Of a stretch of 64,000 bases of DNA, positions 8,741 through 19,347 are shown in pieces. Under the pieces are notes generated by a model. That model searched no databases. It was given only the letters and a program-made list of their open reading frames with translations, and had not been told where the DNA came from. Numbering within the stretch: position 1 is the stretch's first letter; every line of letters starts with the position of its first letter. The translations under genes were made by a program, and so were the position numbers. Source of the DNA: an uncultured Pseudomonadota bacterium (GTDB taxonomy: Bacteria > Oederibacteriota > Muellerivitia > Muellerivitales > Muellerivitaceae); NCBI GenBank assembly GCA_963770835.1, contig CAVYRH010000019.1, forward strand, positions 128,001 through 192,000, written 5' to 3'.

Positions 8741-10090
8741 TTATTTTTCTTTACCCATCCTGAACAACACACTCTGGGCGTGGGCGCCCAGGCCTTCTTC
8801 CGTGGCAAAATCCACCGTGGCCTTACCCAACGCTTTCAGGCCCGGCTTCTTCATTTCCAACATGTTGGTGCGTTTGAGGAAGTCGAACACCGAAAGCCCC
8901 GAGGAAAAACGCGCCGTGCCGCCCGTGGGCAGGACATGGTTGGTGCCCGCCGTGTAATCCCCGAAGGCCTCGGCGCTATAAGGGCCGATAAAAATGGCGC
9001 CCGCGTGGCGCAAGTCCGGCAGCCAATTCCGGGCATCCTTGGCCAGGATTTCCAGGTGCTCCGGGGCGAAGCGGTTGGAAAATTCGGCGGCCTGCTTGCG
9101 GTTCTTGACCAGGATGACGGCGCCCCGGCTCTTCATAGAGTCGGCGGCAATTTGTTCCCGTTCCAAGAGTTCCAACTGCAGTTCCACTTCCTTAGCCACT
9201 TCCCTGGCATAAGAGGCGGAAGTGGTAGCCAAAAGGGGCATGGCCATTTCATCGTGCTCGGCTTGGGCCAAAAGGTCCGCCGCCGCCCAAGCGGCTGGGA
9301 CCGTGCCATCGGCCAGAATCAGGACTTCGCTGGGTCCCGGGAATCCGTCGATGCCCACTTGCCCGAAAACCCGGCGCTTGGCCAAGGCCACGAAAAGGTT
9401 GCCGGGGCCCGTGATCTTATCCACCGCCGGAACGGACTTGGTGCTATAGGCTAGGGCCGCGATGGCTTGGGCCCCGCCGATCTTGAGGATGGTATCCGCG
9501 CCCGCGAAATAAGCCGCAGCCAGGACAATGGGATTCACTTTGCCATCCTTCTTGACCGGCGTCACCACCACCACTTCCTTAACCCCCGCCACCTTGGCGG
9601 GAATTACGTTCATGATGACAGAGGAAGGGTAGGCGGCCAGGCCGCCCGGCACGTAAAGCCCCACCCGGTCCAGGGGCGTCCAACGCTGCCCCAAGGACAT
9701 TTGGGGACCGTTATGGAACCAGCGGGCGGGTTTTTCCTTGGTATGGAAGAAGCGGACGTTGCGGATGGCGGTACGGATGGCCAGTTCGATTGGGACTTCA
9801 AGGTGGTTGAGGGCTTGTTGGATTTCAGCCTTGGTAACATGGATATTCTTGGCATTGGCCGCGAACCCGTCCAATTTTCGGGTGTAGCCGAAGAGAGCGA
9901 TGTCTCCCTTCTTTCGAACGTCCTCGACGATCCGGTCCACGGCCTGTTCGGGGGTCAATTCCTTCCCGAAAACTTTTTTGGTCAGGGAGGCCCGGCTGCC
10001 AGCCCCTTTAAGGACCACCAGCGGCTCCCGCCGGATAAGCTTCTCAACGGAAGATCGGTCTTTTTTGTTGGAGTAGCTTAAGATTCTCAT
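8741..10090 (-). CDS. hisD: Histidinol dehydrogenase
   Basis: VGLYVPGG, GGAQAIAALAY, GPGN, GPSEV, QAEHD, APEHLE, GDYTAGTNHVLPT. Confidence 0.97.
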   Translation of the reverse strand: MRILSYSNKKDRSSVEKLIRREPLVVLKGAGSRASLTKKVFGKELTPEQAVDRIVEDVRKKGDIALFGYTRKLDGFAANAKNIHVTKAEIQQALNHLEVPIELAIRTAIRNVRFFHTKEKPARWFHNGPQMSLGQRWTPLDRVGLYVPGGLAAYPSSVIMNVIPAKVAGVKEVVVVTPVKKDGKVNPIVLAAAYFAGADTILKIGGAQAIAALAYSTKSVPAVDKITGPGNLFVALAKRRVFGQVGIDGFPGPSEVLILADGTVPAAWAAADLLAQAEHDEMAMPLLATTSASYAREVAKEVELQLELLEREQIAADSMKSRGAVILVKNRKQAAEFSNRFAPEHLEILAKDARNWLPDLRHAGAIFIGPYSAEAFGDYTAGTNHVLPTGGTARFSSGLSVFDFLKRTNMLEMKKPGLKALGKATVDFATEEGLGAHAQSVLFRMGKEK

Positions 10091-10105
10091 GTGCAAAAGC
10101 CTCTA

Positions 10106-11365
10106 TTAGTTGATTCTCTTAATATCCGCGCCTAAGGCCGAAAGCTTCTGTTCGATTTTCTCATATCCACGGTCCAAATGGTAAATGCGCTGGACAAGGG
10201 TTTCCCCGTCCGCCACCAGTCCCGCCAAAATCAGGGCCGCACTGGCCCGCAAGTCCGAGGCCATGACCGGCGCCCCGGTAAGCTTGGGGACACCCTTGAC
10301 CACCGCGTGGCTTCGGTCGATGTTAATATCCGCGCCCATGCGGTTCATCTCGAAGACGTGCATGAAGCGGTTTTCCCAAATGGTTTCAGTAACGATACTG
10401 ATACCCGGTACCGTCGCCAGCAGGGCCATGATCTGGGCCTGCATGTCCGTGGGGAACCCGGGATAAGGAAGGATCATCACGTCCGCCGGTTTGTAAGTGC
10501 CGACCCCCTTCACCCGAATATCCCCATTGGCGACTTCGATGATGACGCCGATTTGACGGAGCTTATCCACGACCGCCGTCATATGATTCGGGTTGGCTTT
10601 CTTGATCAACACGTCACCCTTCGTGATCGCCGCGGCTGCCATGAATGTTCCCGCCTCTACCCGGTCGGGAATAACCGAGTATTCGACACCCTTGAGTTTC
10701 TTTTTTCCCTCGATGACCAGCCGGGAGGTCCCCCCTCCCTCAATCGAGGCGCCCATGGCCTTGAGGCAATTGACCAAATCCTCAACTTCCGGTTCGGAGG
10801 ATGCGGATTCAATGACGGTGGTCCCCTCAGCCGCGGTAGCGGCCATTACCACGTTTACGGTCGCCCCCACGCTGGGCCCATGGGGCCCCGCCAAGTAAAT
10901 AGTGGCGCCCTTGAGTTTGGAAGCCTTGGCGTGCACATAGCCATGTTCAATGGTGACGGTGGCGCCCAATTGTTCGACGCCCTTCAAGTGCAGGTCGATG
11001 GGCCGGGCGCCGATGGCACAGCCGCCGGGCAGGGAAACCTTGGCCTCCCCCAGCCGGGCTAGGCAGGCGCCGAGGGAGTAGATGGAAGCCCGCATGGTTT
11101 TCACCAGTTCATAGGGGGCCTCAAACTTATCGAAACCCTTGGGGTCGATGTGCAGCCGGTGGTCTTCCAAGAGAGCTGTGGAGCCCAAGGTGCGAAGCAC
11201 TTCCGCCATGGTTTTGATGTCATTTAGGTAGGGGACGTTATGGATGACCGAGGGGGATTCACCCAGGAGCGCCGCCGTCATGACGGGCAGGGTGGCGTTC
11301 TTGGAGCCGCTGATCTCAACGGTGCCCTTGAGGGCTTTACCGCCCTTGACGGAAATCTTTTGCAT
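10106..11365 (-). CDS. murA: UDP-N-acetylglucosamine 1-carboxyvinyltransferase
   Basis: SGSKNA, MRAS, PGGCAIGARP, PGFPTDMQ, HLDRGYE. Confidence 0.98.
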   Translation of the reverse strand: MQKISVKGGKALKGTVEISGSKNATLPVMTAALLGESPSVIHNVPYLNDIKTMAEVLRTLGSTALLEDHRLHIDPKGFDKFEAPYELVKTMRASIYSLGACLARLGEAKVSLPGGCAIGARPIDLHLKGVEQLGATVTIEHGYVHAKASKLKGATIYLAGPHGPSVGATVNVVMAATAAEGTTVIESASSEPEVEDLVNCLKAMGASIEGGGTSRLVIEGKKKLKGVEYSVIPDRVEAGTFMAAAAITKGDVLIKKANPNHMTAVVDKLRQIGVIIEVANGDIRVKGVGTYKPADVMILPYPGFPTDMQAQIMALLATVPGISIVTETIWENRFMHVFEMNRMGADINIDRSHAVVKGVPKLTGAPVMASDLRASAALILAGLVADGETLVQRIYHLDRGYEKIEQKLSALGADIKRIN

Positions 11366-11389
11366 TAAAAACCCCTACATCCGATTTGA

Positions 11390-11416
11390 GCCACAGAGTA
11401 CACAGAGATCACTGAG
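11390..11416. repeat. Single ~9-mer tandem arm (CACAGAG family)
   Basis: GCCACAGAGTACACAGAGATCACTGAG, nearly identical to 13314-13339. Confidence 0.7.
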
Positions 11417-11497
11417 TAAAACATTAGAAATTAATTAAAAACAACGAAAACGCAGGCCTTAAATTGTGAAATGTCGGGCTAAAGTATCCTGAAAATC

Positions 11498-11520
11498 AAA
11501 AAGCCGCCCTTTCGGGCGGC
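11498..11520 (-). terminator. Intrinsic terminator after rnpB
   Basis: GCCGCCC-GAAA-GGGCGGC followed by TTTTT on the minus strand. Confidence 0.8.
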
Positions 11521-11540
11521 CTTCCGATGACGAAAATAAA

Positions 11541-11952
11541 AGAAGCAGGACATAAGCCGAATTTTGTTAGTGCGATCATTTCTCTCGCGGGAACCGTTGC
11601 CGGCCCCGTCGATGCGATCTTACCCGAAGGCCTCCCTTTCCTTTGACGGAAAGGAATAGGACGGACAGCCCTAAAGCCTCCCTATTTGATCTTGCTCCGG
11701 ATGGGGTTTGCCTTGCCACCACACTTGCGTGGGGCGCGGTGGGCTCTTACCCCACCTTTTCACCCTTACCCCTCAGTCCTTTAGGGACCTTGGAGCGGTT
11801 TGTTTTCTGTGGCACTTTCCTTCACACCGTCGCCTTACCTTGCGATAAAGAACAATGCGACCGGTCGTTAGCCGGCATCCCGTCCTGCGGAGTTCGGACT
11901 TTCCTCACCCCCGAACCCAAAAGGCCGGAGGCGCGATCACGGACCTGCTTCT
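11541..11952 (-). ncRNA. rnpB: RNase P RNA (type A)
   Basis: Minus strand has GAGGAAAGTCCGAAC, AAGTGCCACAGAAAA, GGGTGAAAAGGTGGGGTAAGAGCCCACC, GGCAAACCCC and ACAAAATTCGGCTTAT; complementary ends AGAAGCAGG/CCTGCTTCT. Confidence 0.96.
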
Positions 11953-12014
11953 AAAGGGCATAATAGAGGGAAAACATGGCAAAATCCAGTGGATGAAAGC
12001 AGGGACTAAAGGGC

Positions 12015-12419
12015 TTATTTGGAGAAATGCTTGTCGATGCCTTCATTGGACAACCGATCGGCGTGCTTGTTCTGTTCCCGGGGGACATGTTTATACCCCG
12101 TAACATCCAAATGAGACAGGTATTCCTTGGCCTTTTGGAAAAGCGGAATCATATTCGGATGCTTCACTTTGTAATGGCCGGTTAATTGCCGGATCATCAA
12201 TTCGCTGTCGGCCAGTATTTCCACCGGGGACAACTTTTTCTTCACGCAATAGTCGAGGGCATGCAATAGGGCCTCATACTCGGCCACATTGTTGGTGGTT
12301 GTGCCGATGTATTTCGCGATTTCGTGGACGACTTTGCCGTCTTTAAGAATGACCGCTCCGATACCCGCCGGGCCCGGGTTTCCCCTCGACGCGCCGTCGC
12401 TATAGATTTGGTAGGACAT
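12015..12419 (-). CDS. rnhA: Ribonuclease HI family protein
   Basis: DGASRGNPGPAGIG, TNNVAEY, DSEL, HVPREQNKHADRLSN. Confidence 0.93.
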   Translation of the reverse strand: MSYQIYSDGASRGNPGPAGIGAVILKDGKVVHEIAKYIGTTTNNVAEYEALLHALDYCVKKKLSPVEILADSELMIRQLTGHYKVKHPNMIPLFQKAKEYLSHLDVTGYKHVPREQNKHADRLSNEGIDKHFSK

Positions 12420-12442
12420 AAAACCTCATTTAAAACAATGAT

Positions 12443-12500
12443 GAACGCGGATTAACACAGACAAAACACTTTCATCCGCGTTTATTTGCATTTATCGGTG
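12443..12500. repeat. Inverted tandem-arm element (ACGCGGAT/ACACAGA variant)
   Basis: AACGCGGATTAACACAGA ... ATCCGCGTTTATTTGCATTTATCGGTG; overlaps the kdsA stop. Confidence 0.55.
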
Positions 12501-13301
12501 TTTCGATGCTTTTCGGATGGCCAAGCTGTCCTTAAGGACCTGCCGGAAGGTCTCGAAGGTAATCTGGGTGGCGGCGTCGGACTTGGCTTTGGGCGGGTCG
12601 GGATGGACCTCCATGAAAAGGCCGTCCACTCCCGCCGCGACAGCGGCCCTGACCAGGGTGGGCACATGTTCGCGAGTCCCACCGCTGGAAGTCCCCTTTG
12701 CGGCAGGTTGTTGCACGCTGTGGGTGCCGTCAAAAATAACCGGACAGCCGGTTTTTTGCATCTCGGGAATCCCCCTGTAATCCACTACCAGGTTGTTGTA
12801 CCCGAAAGAAGTTCCTCTCTCAGTCAGCCAAAGGTTCTTGCAACCGCCCTTCTTCATCTTTCCGACAACATTGGCCATTTCCCAAGGTGCCATGAACTGG
12901 CCCTTCTTCACATTGACCACCTTGCCGGACCTGGCGGCGGCCATCAACAAGCTGGTTTGACGGGAAAGAAAAGCGGGAATTTGGAGAACATCGGCCACCT
13001 TGGCGGCGATCTTTACTTCGCTGATCTCGTGGATATCGGTCAGGACCGGCAAGCCCAATTTCTTTTTTACCCAAAGCAGGGAGGCCAGACCCCTTTTCAA
13101 TCCCGGCCCGCGGAAACCCTTAACGGACGACCGGTTGGCCTTGTCGTAAGAGGATTTGAAAACCAGCGGCACGCCCAAGGAATCGGTGATGCCCTTGATG
13201 GTTGTGGCGGTTTTCAGAAGAAAGTCCGTGCCTTCGATCACGCAGGGTCCCGCGATCACGAAGAACTTTCCGTTTTTACCTAATTGTTTAACCTCGACCA
13301 T
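12492..13301 (-). CDS. kdsA: Kdo 8-phosphate synthase
   Basis: IAGPCVIE, KSSYDKANRSS, QIPAFLSRQT, NVKKGQF, DGTHSVQ. Confidence 0.97.
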   Translation of the reverse strand: MVEVKQLGKNGKFFVIAGPCVIEGTDFLLKTATTIKGITDSLGVPLVFKSSYDKANRSSVKGFRGPGLKRGLASLLWVKKKLGLPVLTDIHEISEVKIAAKVADVLQIPAFLSRQTSLLMAAARSGKVVNVKKGQFMAPWEMANVVGKMKKGGCKNLWLTERGTSFGYNNLVVDYRGIPEMQKTGCPVIFDGTHSVQQPAAKGTSSGGTREHVPTLVRAAVAAGVDGLFMEVHPDPPKAKSDAATQITFETFRQVLKDSLAIRKASKHR

Positions 13302-13311
13302 AAACACCTCT

Positions 13312-13398
13312 AACCACAGAGTACACAGAGATCACAGGGTAAGGCAAAGGTCTTAAATCATCAAAGATTTAACTCTGTGTACTCTGCAACCTCTGTGG

Positions 13399-13400
<2 letters not shown>
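13312..13400. repeat. Inverted element with tandem ~9-mer arms (CACAGAG family)
   Basis: AACCACAGAGTACACAGAGATCACAGGG ... CTCTGTGTACTCTGCAACCTCTGTGGCT; abuts the pyrG stop and the kdsA SD. Confidence 0.8.
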
Positions 13401-15036
<1,636 letters not shown>

Positions 15037-15038
15037 TT

Positions 15039-15153
15039 ACCGCCAAGACGCCAAGTCCGCCAAGAACAACAAAAATTTATTCTTAAATACTTTTCAAGAT
15101 ACCCGACTTTTACCGTCTTTCGCCTTTCTTGGCGTCCTTGGCGTCTTGGCGGT
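15039..15153. repeat. Inverted element with tandem ~9-mer arms (CGCCAAG family)
   Basis: ACCGCCAAGACGCCAAGTCCGCCAAGAA versus the reverse complement of TTCTTGGCGTCCTTGGCGTCTTGGCGGT (26/28 identical), around an AT-rich spacer. Confidence 0.88.
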
Positions 15154-15157
15154 TAAA

Positions 15158-15892
15158 TCAGATTTTGTGTTTCAAGAACTTTTCAACTTTCTTTACATCC
15201 TCCGGTACATCCACAGCGATCGACTCCACTTTCCGGATCGCCGCACGGATGGTCACCCCGTTCTCCATGGCCCTCAATTGTTCCAGTTTTTCCGTCAACT
15301 CCAGGGGTGTGGGTTTCAAGGTCGCCATCAATTGAAGCCAACCGGGCCGGTAGCCGTAAAGCCCCATGTGCTTGTAGGCCTGGGGCATGCCCCCCTCCCT
15401 CGGGTAAGGGATGGGCGCCCGGGAGAAATAAAGCACATCCCCTTTGGAGCCCAAAACCGCCTTGACCACGTTGGGGTCCAGCCATTCTTTCTTATCCGCC
15501 AGGGGAATCACCACCGTGGACATCAGTACCTTCGGGTCTTTTTGAAGCACTTCCACCGCCGCGTCAATGGCGGCCGGAGCCATGACCGGTTCATCGCCCT
15601 GGATGTTGACGACGATATCGGCCTTTTGGTCGCGCACCGCGTAAGCGATTCGGTCCGTACCTGACTTGAGGGAAGAGGGGGTCATGACCGCCGTCGCCCC
15701 GGCTTTTTTAACCGCATCGGCGATTCTTTGGTCGTCCGTGGCCACCCAGACCTCGTTCAGCCGCTTGGCTTTTTGGGCCTGGCGGATCACCCGGACGATC
15801 ATGGGGATACCCGCAATCAGGGCTAAGGGCTTTCCCGGGAACCGTTGGGCCCCATAACGGGATGGGATGACGCCGATCACCTTATTTGCCAT
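15158..15892 (-). CDS. kdsB: CMP-Kdo synthetase
   Basis: IPSRY..RFPGKPL, SGTDRI, VNIQGDEP, LYFSRAPIP, EKLEQLR. Confidence 0.97.
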   Translation of the reverse strand: MANKVIGVIPSRYGAQRFPGKPLALIAGIPMIVRVIRQAQKAKRLNEVWVATDDQRIADAVKKAGATAVMTPSSLKSGTDRIAYAVRDQKADIVVNIQGDEPVMAPAAIDAAVEVLQKDPKVLMSTVVIPLADKKEWLDPNVVKAVLGSKGDVLYFSRAPIPYPREGGMPQAYKHMGLYGYRPGWLQLMATLKPTPLELTEKLEQLRAMENGVTIRAAIRKVESIAVDVPEDVKKVEKFLKHKI

Positions 15893-16361
15893 AGCGTTCC
15901 CTCACCATCTGGATCAGGTTTGTGGTTGAACGGCCTTCCACCACGGGAATATTCAAGACTTTGCCGCCCCAGGATTGCACCAGGTCGCCTCCGATGATCT
16001 TGTCGATGGCCCAATCGCCCCCTTTGACCAGGACATCGGGCCGTAAAATCTTGATGATGTTATAGGGGTCGTCTTCTTCGAAGAAGGTCGTGTAATCCAC
16101 GCAGGAAAGGGCCAGGAGCATTTCAGCCCGTTCTCCCACGGGCAAGAGAGGCTTTAAAGGACCCTTGATGCGGCGCACGGAAGCGTCGCTATTGAGGCCT
16201 ACTACCAATAAATCGCCTTTTTTGCGGGATTCTTGCAGGTAAGTGACATGGCCCAGGTGGAGAAGATCGAAAACACCGTTAGTGAAGACTACTTTTTGAC
16301 CTTGGTTTTGAAGGTTTTTAAGGACCGGCGCTAACTTGGTGGGCTCTAAAAAATGATCCAA
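15882..16361 (-). CDS. rfaE2: D-glycero-beta-D-manno-heptose 1-phosphate adenylyltransferase
   Basis: VFTNGVFDLLHLGH, GLNSDASV, VKGGDW, GRSTT. Confidence 0.9.
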   Translation of the reverse strand: MDHFLEPTKLAPVLKNLQNQGQKVVFTNGVFDLLHLGHVTYLQESRKKGDLLVVGLNSDASVRRIKGPLKPLLPVGERAEMLLALSCVDYTTFFEEDDPYNIIKILRPDVLVKGGDWAIDKIIGGDLVQSWGGKVLNIPVVEGRSTTNLIQMVRERYGK

Positions 16362-16389
16362 TTCATCTCAACTTCGCTTGGGATGGGTA

Positions 16390-16418
16390 ATTATAGGGGA
16401 AGAGGTTGCTTCTGGCAA
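16390..16418 (-). promoter_or_regulatory. Putative sigma70 promoter for rfaE2-kdsB-pyrG-kdsA
   Basis: TTGCCA-17 nt-TATAAT on the minus strand. Confidence 0.6.
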
Positions 16419-16430
16419 GTTTTGGCGCGT

Positions 16431-17555
16431 TCAAGGCGCCTTCAAAATCAACTTCACCACTTCGGGTGGGCAATAAGTCCGAAGCGGCGGGAAACAGCCG
16501 ATGCCCCGGTTGATGTAGATGACCGTGTTCTTCTCCCGGTGGAAACCTCCGGCATACTTGCGCCCCTCATTGGCCGGCACCACCAAAGGACCGATCAAGG
16601 GGAAACAAATTTGACCACCGTGGCAATGTCCCGAAATCTGCACCTGGGCTCCCGTTTTGTGGGCGAGGTAAAGATGGTCGGGCTGGTGGGCTAGGAGGAT
16701 TTTGGCGTCAGCCTTGGCCGCCAGGAGTGGGGCTTCGTTTTTCTCGCCTACCCACTTGTCGTCCAAGCCCATTAGCGCCAACTTTTTCCCTTTCCGCATC
16801 AAGTAAACAACGGAATTTTGCAAAACGCGGATGCCGTCCTTTTCTAAAGTCCGGCGCATCATTTTGGCGTCGGCCCAATGGTCATGGTTTCCCAATAACG
16901 CGTAAGCCCCCAAGGGGGCTTTGAACCCCTTGAGGAGCCCTTCCATGATCGGTATGTTTTTTTTAAAGGAAACGAAGTCTCCGGTGAGGGCATAAAAATC
17001 GGGCTTCAGTTTTTGAGCTTCGGCTACCACAAACTTGAGGTAATCCTGGTGAATATATTTTCCGAAATGGATATCCGAAAGCTGGACGATGGAGAGCCCT
17101 GAAAATTCCTTGGGCCACCCGGGAATCTTGACCTCGTACTCCACCACCTTCAGGTCATAAACCTGGTTGGGAAAGCCCACATACTTCGTAAAGGAAAAAG
17201 GCGTCGGCCAGCGGGGGGGGCGATTGGGAAAAAACTTTCGGATTTCCCGGTAATCCACCGGCTTCTTCCGAAACAACAGCCACCAGCCATGGTCGAGCCA
17301 GAGCCAAAGGACCCAAACCGTAATCACCACCAGGAAAAGCTTCCAATAAAGGGGCAATGGCCGGAAGCCTTCTACGGTGAAATCCCAGGTTTCGCTTAAA
17401 ACAATGGAGGGTGAAATCTGGATCGTCAGGAAAAAAATCGTCCAAAGGATTTCACTGACACCGTGGTGGGGCCGGATTCCGATGCGGTTGGTGAGAAAGA
17501 TGAAAATTTGGAAAAGGAAGAATACGTAAAGCCAGAAGAGCGGGTGGGAGACCAT
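16431..17555 (-). CDS. Membrane-anchored metallophosphoesterase (YkuE-like)
   Basis: Hydrophobic N-terminus, SDIH, TGDFV, GNHD, LAHQP, SGHCHGGQ. Confidence 0.9.
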   Translation of the reverse strand: MVSHPLFWLYVFFLFQIFIFLTNRIGIRPHHGVSEILWTIFFLTIQISPSIVLSETWDFTVEGFRPLPLYWKLFLVVITVWVLWLWLDHGWWLLFRKKPVDYREIRKFFPNRPPRWPTPFSFTKYVGFPNQVYDLKVVEYEVKIPGWPKEFSGLSIVQLSDIHFGKYIHQDYLKFVVAEAQKLKPDFYALTGDFVSFKKNIPIMEGLLKGFKAPLGAYALLGNHDHWADAKMMRRTLEKDGIRVLQNSVVYLMRKGKKLALMGLDDKWVGEKNEAPLLAAKADAKILLAHQPDHLYLAHKTGAQVQISGHCHGGQICFPLIGPLVVPANEGRKYAGGFHREKNTVIYINRGIGCFPPLRTYCPPEVVKLILKAP

Positions 17556-17558
17556 AAA

Positions 17559-17663
17559 AGTTCTCGGTTCGAAGTCCGTAGTTTTTAATTCTGGTAGGTT
17601 TTAACCAAAGGTTAAAGCCGTCAATAACTTAGCACTTCGAATTCAAAACTTCGACCTCACGAC
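17559..17663. repeat. Inverted element with degenerate 7-mer tandem arms
   Basis: AGTTCTC-GGTTCGA-AGTCCGT-AGTT ... AACTTAG-CACTTCG-AATTCAA-AACTTCG. Confidence 0.55.
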
Positions 17664-17668
17664 AGTGG

Positions 17669-18688
17669 TTATCGGTTCATTTCTTCCAACAGACGCTGAC
17701 TGAGCTCTTCCGCCGAAACCGTGGCAACACCCAGTTTTTCCACTTCGATACCCGCCGCGTAATTGGCCAGGGCGGCGGCCTGCAACAGTGTGGCCCCGGC
17801 GGTCAAGGCCAGGGTGAGGGTGGCAATCACCGTATCCCCGGCGCCCGAGACGTCATAAACCTCCCTCGCCACGGTGGGGATGGTGCGGGGCGGCTGGCCC
17901 TCCTCAAAAAGGGTCATTCCATGCTCGCTTCGGGTCAAAACCACCGATTTGCAGCTTAATTTTTTCATGACCTTGAACCCGATGGTCTCGAAGGTCTCCC
18001 CTGCTGCTTCCGGCCCCAGGGCTTCGGTCATTTCCTTCATGTTCGGTTTCATGACCGTGACGCCCTTGAATTCGAAGAAATTGCGGAATTTCGGGTCCAC
18101 CGCGGTGATCTTTTTGTGTGTTTTGGCATAGCTGATAACCTTGCGGATCACCTTGGGGGTCAGGAGACCCTTGTTATAGTCCTCGAAAATAACGGCGTCA
18201 GCATCCTTCACGGCCTTTAGGGCCCTCTGGATGACCTGGTCCTGCTGGGAATCGGAAAGGGCTGATTTGACCTCCCGGTCGATGCGTACTACCTGTTGGG
18301 TATGGGCGATCACACGGGTTTTTTCCGTAGTGGGGCGGTCGGAAAGGGCCAGCATGCCGGAGGTGTCCACTTTGTATCTCTTTAATTCCCGGACCAGTTC
18401 CTTACCCGCCGTGTCCTTCCCGATAGTGCCGATGATGGCGGACCGGCCGCCCAGGGCCGTGATGTTGGCCGCCACGTTGGCCGCCCCGCCCGGCATTTTC
18501 CTGTCGTCTTCGTTAATTTCCACCACGGGGATGGGCGCTTCCGGGGAAATGCGGGCCACCATGCCCTTGATATAGACGTCCAGCATCACGTCGCCGATCA
18601 CGACAACCTTCTTGTCTTGAAGGGCACCCACCAGGGCCAGCAATTCAGTTTTATCGACGGATGACAGGGGAGATTTCTTTTTATTCAC
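17669..18688 (-). CDS. rfaE1: D-glycero-beta-D-manno-heptose 7-phosphate kinase
   Basis: GDVMLD..RISPEAPIPV, GGAANVA, DYNKG, DVSGAGDT. Confidence 0.93.
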   Translation of the reverse strand: MNKKKSPLSSVDKTELLALVGALQDKKVVVIGDVMLDVYIKGMVARISPEAPIPVVEINEDDRKMPGGAANVAANITALGGRSAIIGTIGKDTAGKELVRELKRYKVDTSGMLALSDRPTTEKTRVIAHTQQVVRIDREVKSALSDSQQDQVIQRALKAVKDADAVIFEDYNKGLLTPKVIRKVISYAKTHKKITAVDPKFRNFFEFKGVTVMKPNMKEMTEALGPEAAGETFETIGFKVMKKLSCKSVVLTRSEHGMTLFEEGQPPRTIPTVAREVYDVSGAGDTVIATLTLALTAGATLLQAAALANYAAGIEVEKLGVATVSAEELSQRLLEEMNR

Positions 18689-18746
18689 GGTATCACTGGC
18701 CTTTATTTTGAATTTTGTCGGCCTGCTGCCGACTGTGGACTGCCCC

Positions 18747-19316
18747 TTAAGGAAACATCGCCGATTCGATCAATTCGCAGAAGATATGCCCCATCAGCAT
18801 GTGGCATTCCTGGATACGGTCTGTGGAGGAGGCGGGGACGACGATGGCGATGTCCACTTCCTTGGCGATCTTGCCGCCGTCGCGGCCCAGCAAACCGATA
18901 GTGTGAACCTTGTTCTTCTTGGCCGCCAGCACACCTTTCAACACGTTTTCCGAGTTGCCCGAGGTGGAAAGCCCCACGGCCACGTCACCCGGCACGCAAA
19001 GTCCCTCGACCTGGTGGGAGTAAATCTGGTCATAACCGTAGTCGTTTCCGAGGGCCGTCAAGGTGGAGGTGTTGGTATGCAGGGCCAGGGCCATGAGGGC
19101 CCGGCGGCGTTTTAGGTAATCGCCCACCAGTTCGGCGGCGATATGCTGGGCGTCGGCCGCGCTTCCGCCGTTGCCGAACCAAACCGACTTGTTTCCCCGC
19201 TTGTAGGCCGCGACCAATACTTCCGCCGCTTGTTCTATTTGCGGCACGCATTTATGCAACAGGTTTTGCTTCACCTGGATGCTTTCCTCGATGCGGCCCC
19301 GGATTTTCTCGATCAT
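18747..19316 (-). CDS. gmhA: Phosphoheptose isomerase
   Basis: GNGGSAADAQH, GNDYGY, STSGNS, RIQECH. Confidence 0.96.
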   Translation of the reverse strand: MIEKIRGRIEESIQVKQNLLHKCVPQIEQAAEVLVAAYKRGNKSVWFGNGGSAADAQHIAAELVGDYLKRRRALMALALHTNTSTLTALGNDYGYDQIYSHQVEGLCVPGDVAVGLSTSGNSENVLKGVLAAKKNKVHTIGLLGRDGGKIAKEVDIAIVVPASSTDRIQECHMLMGHIFCELIESAMFP

Positions 19317-19347
19317 AAAGTCTTCCCTCGCTTGACGGACGAATGGT

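Noticed and set aside
17565..17580. GGTTCGAAGTCC resembling a tRNA T-loop
   Set aside because: Part of a heptamer repeat arm; no cloverleaf.
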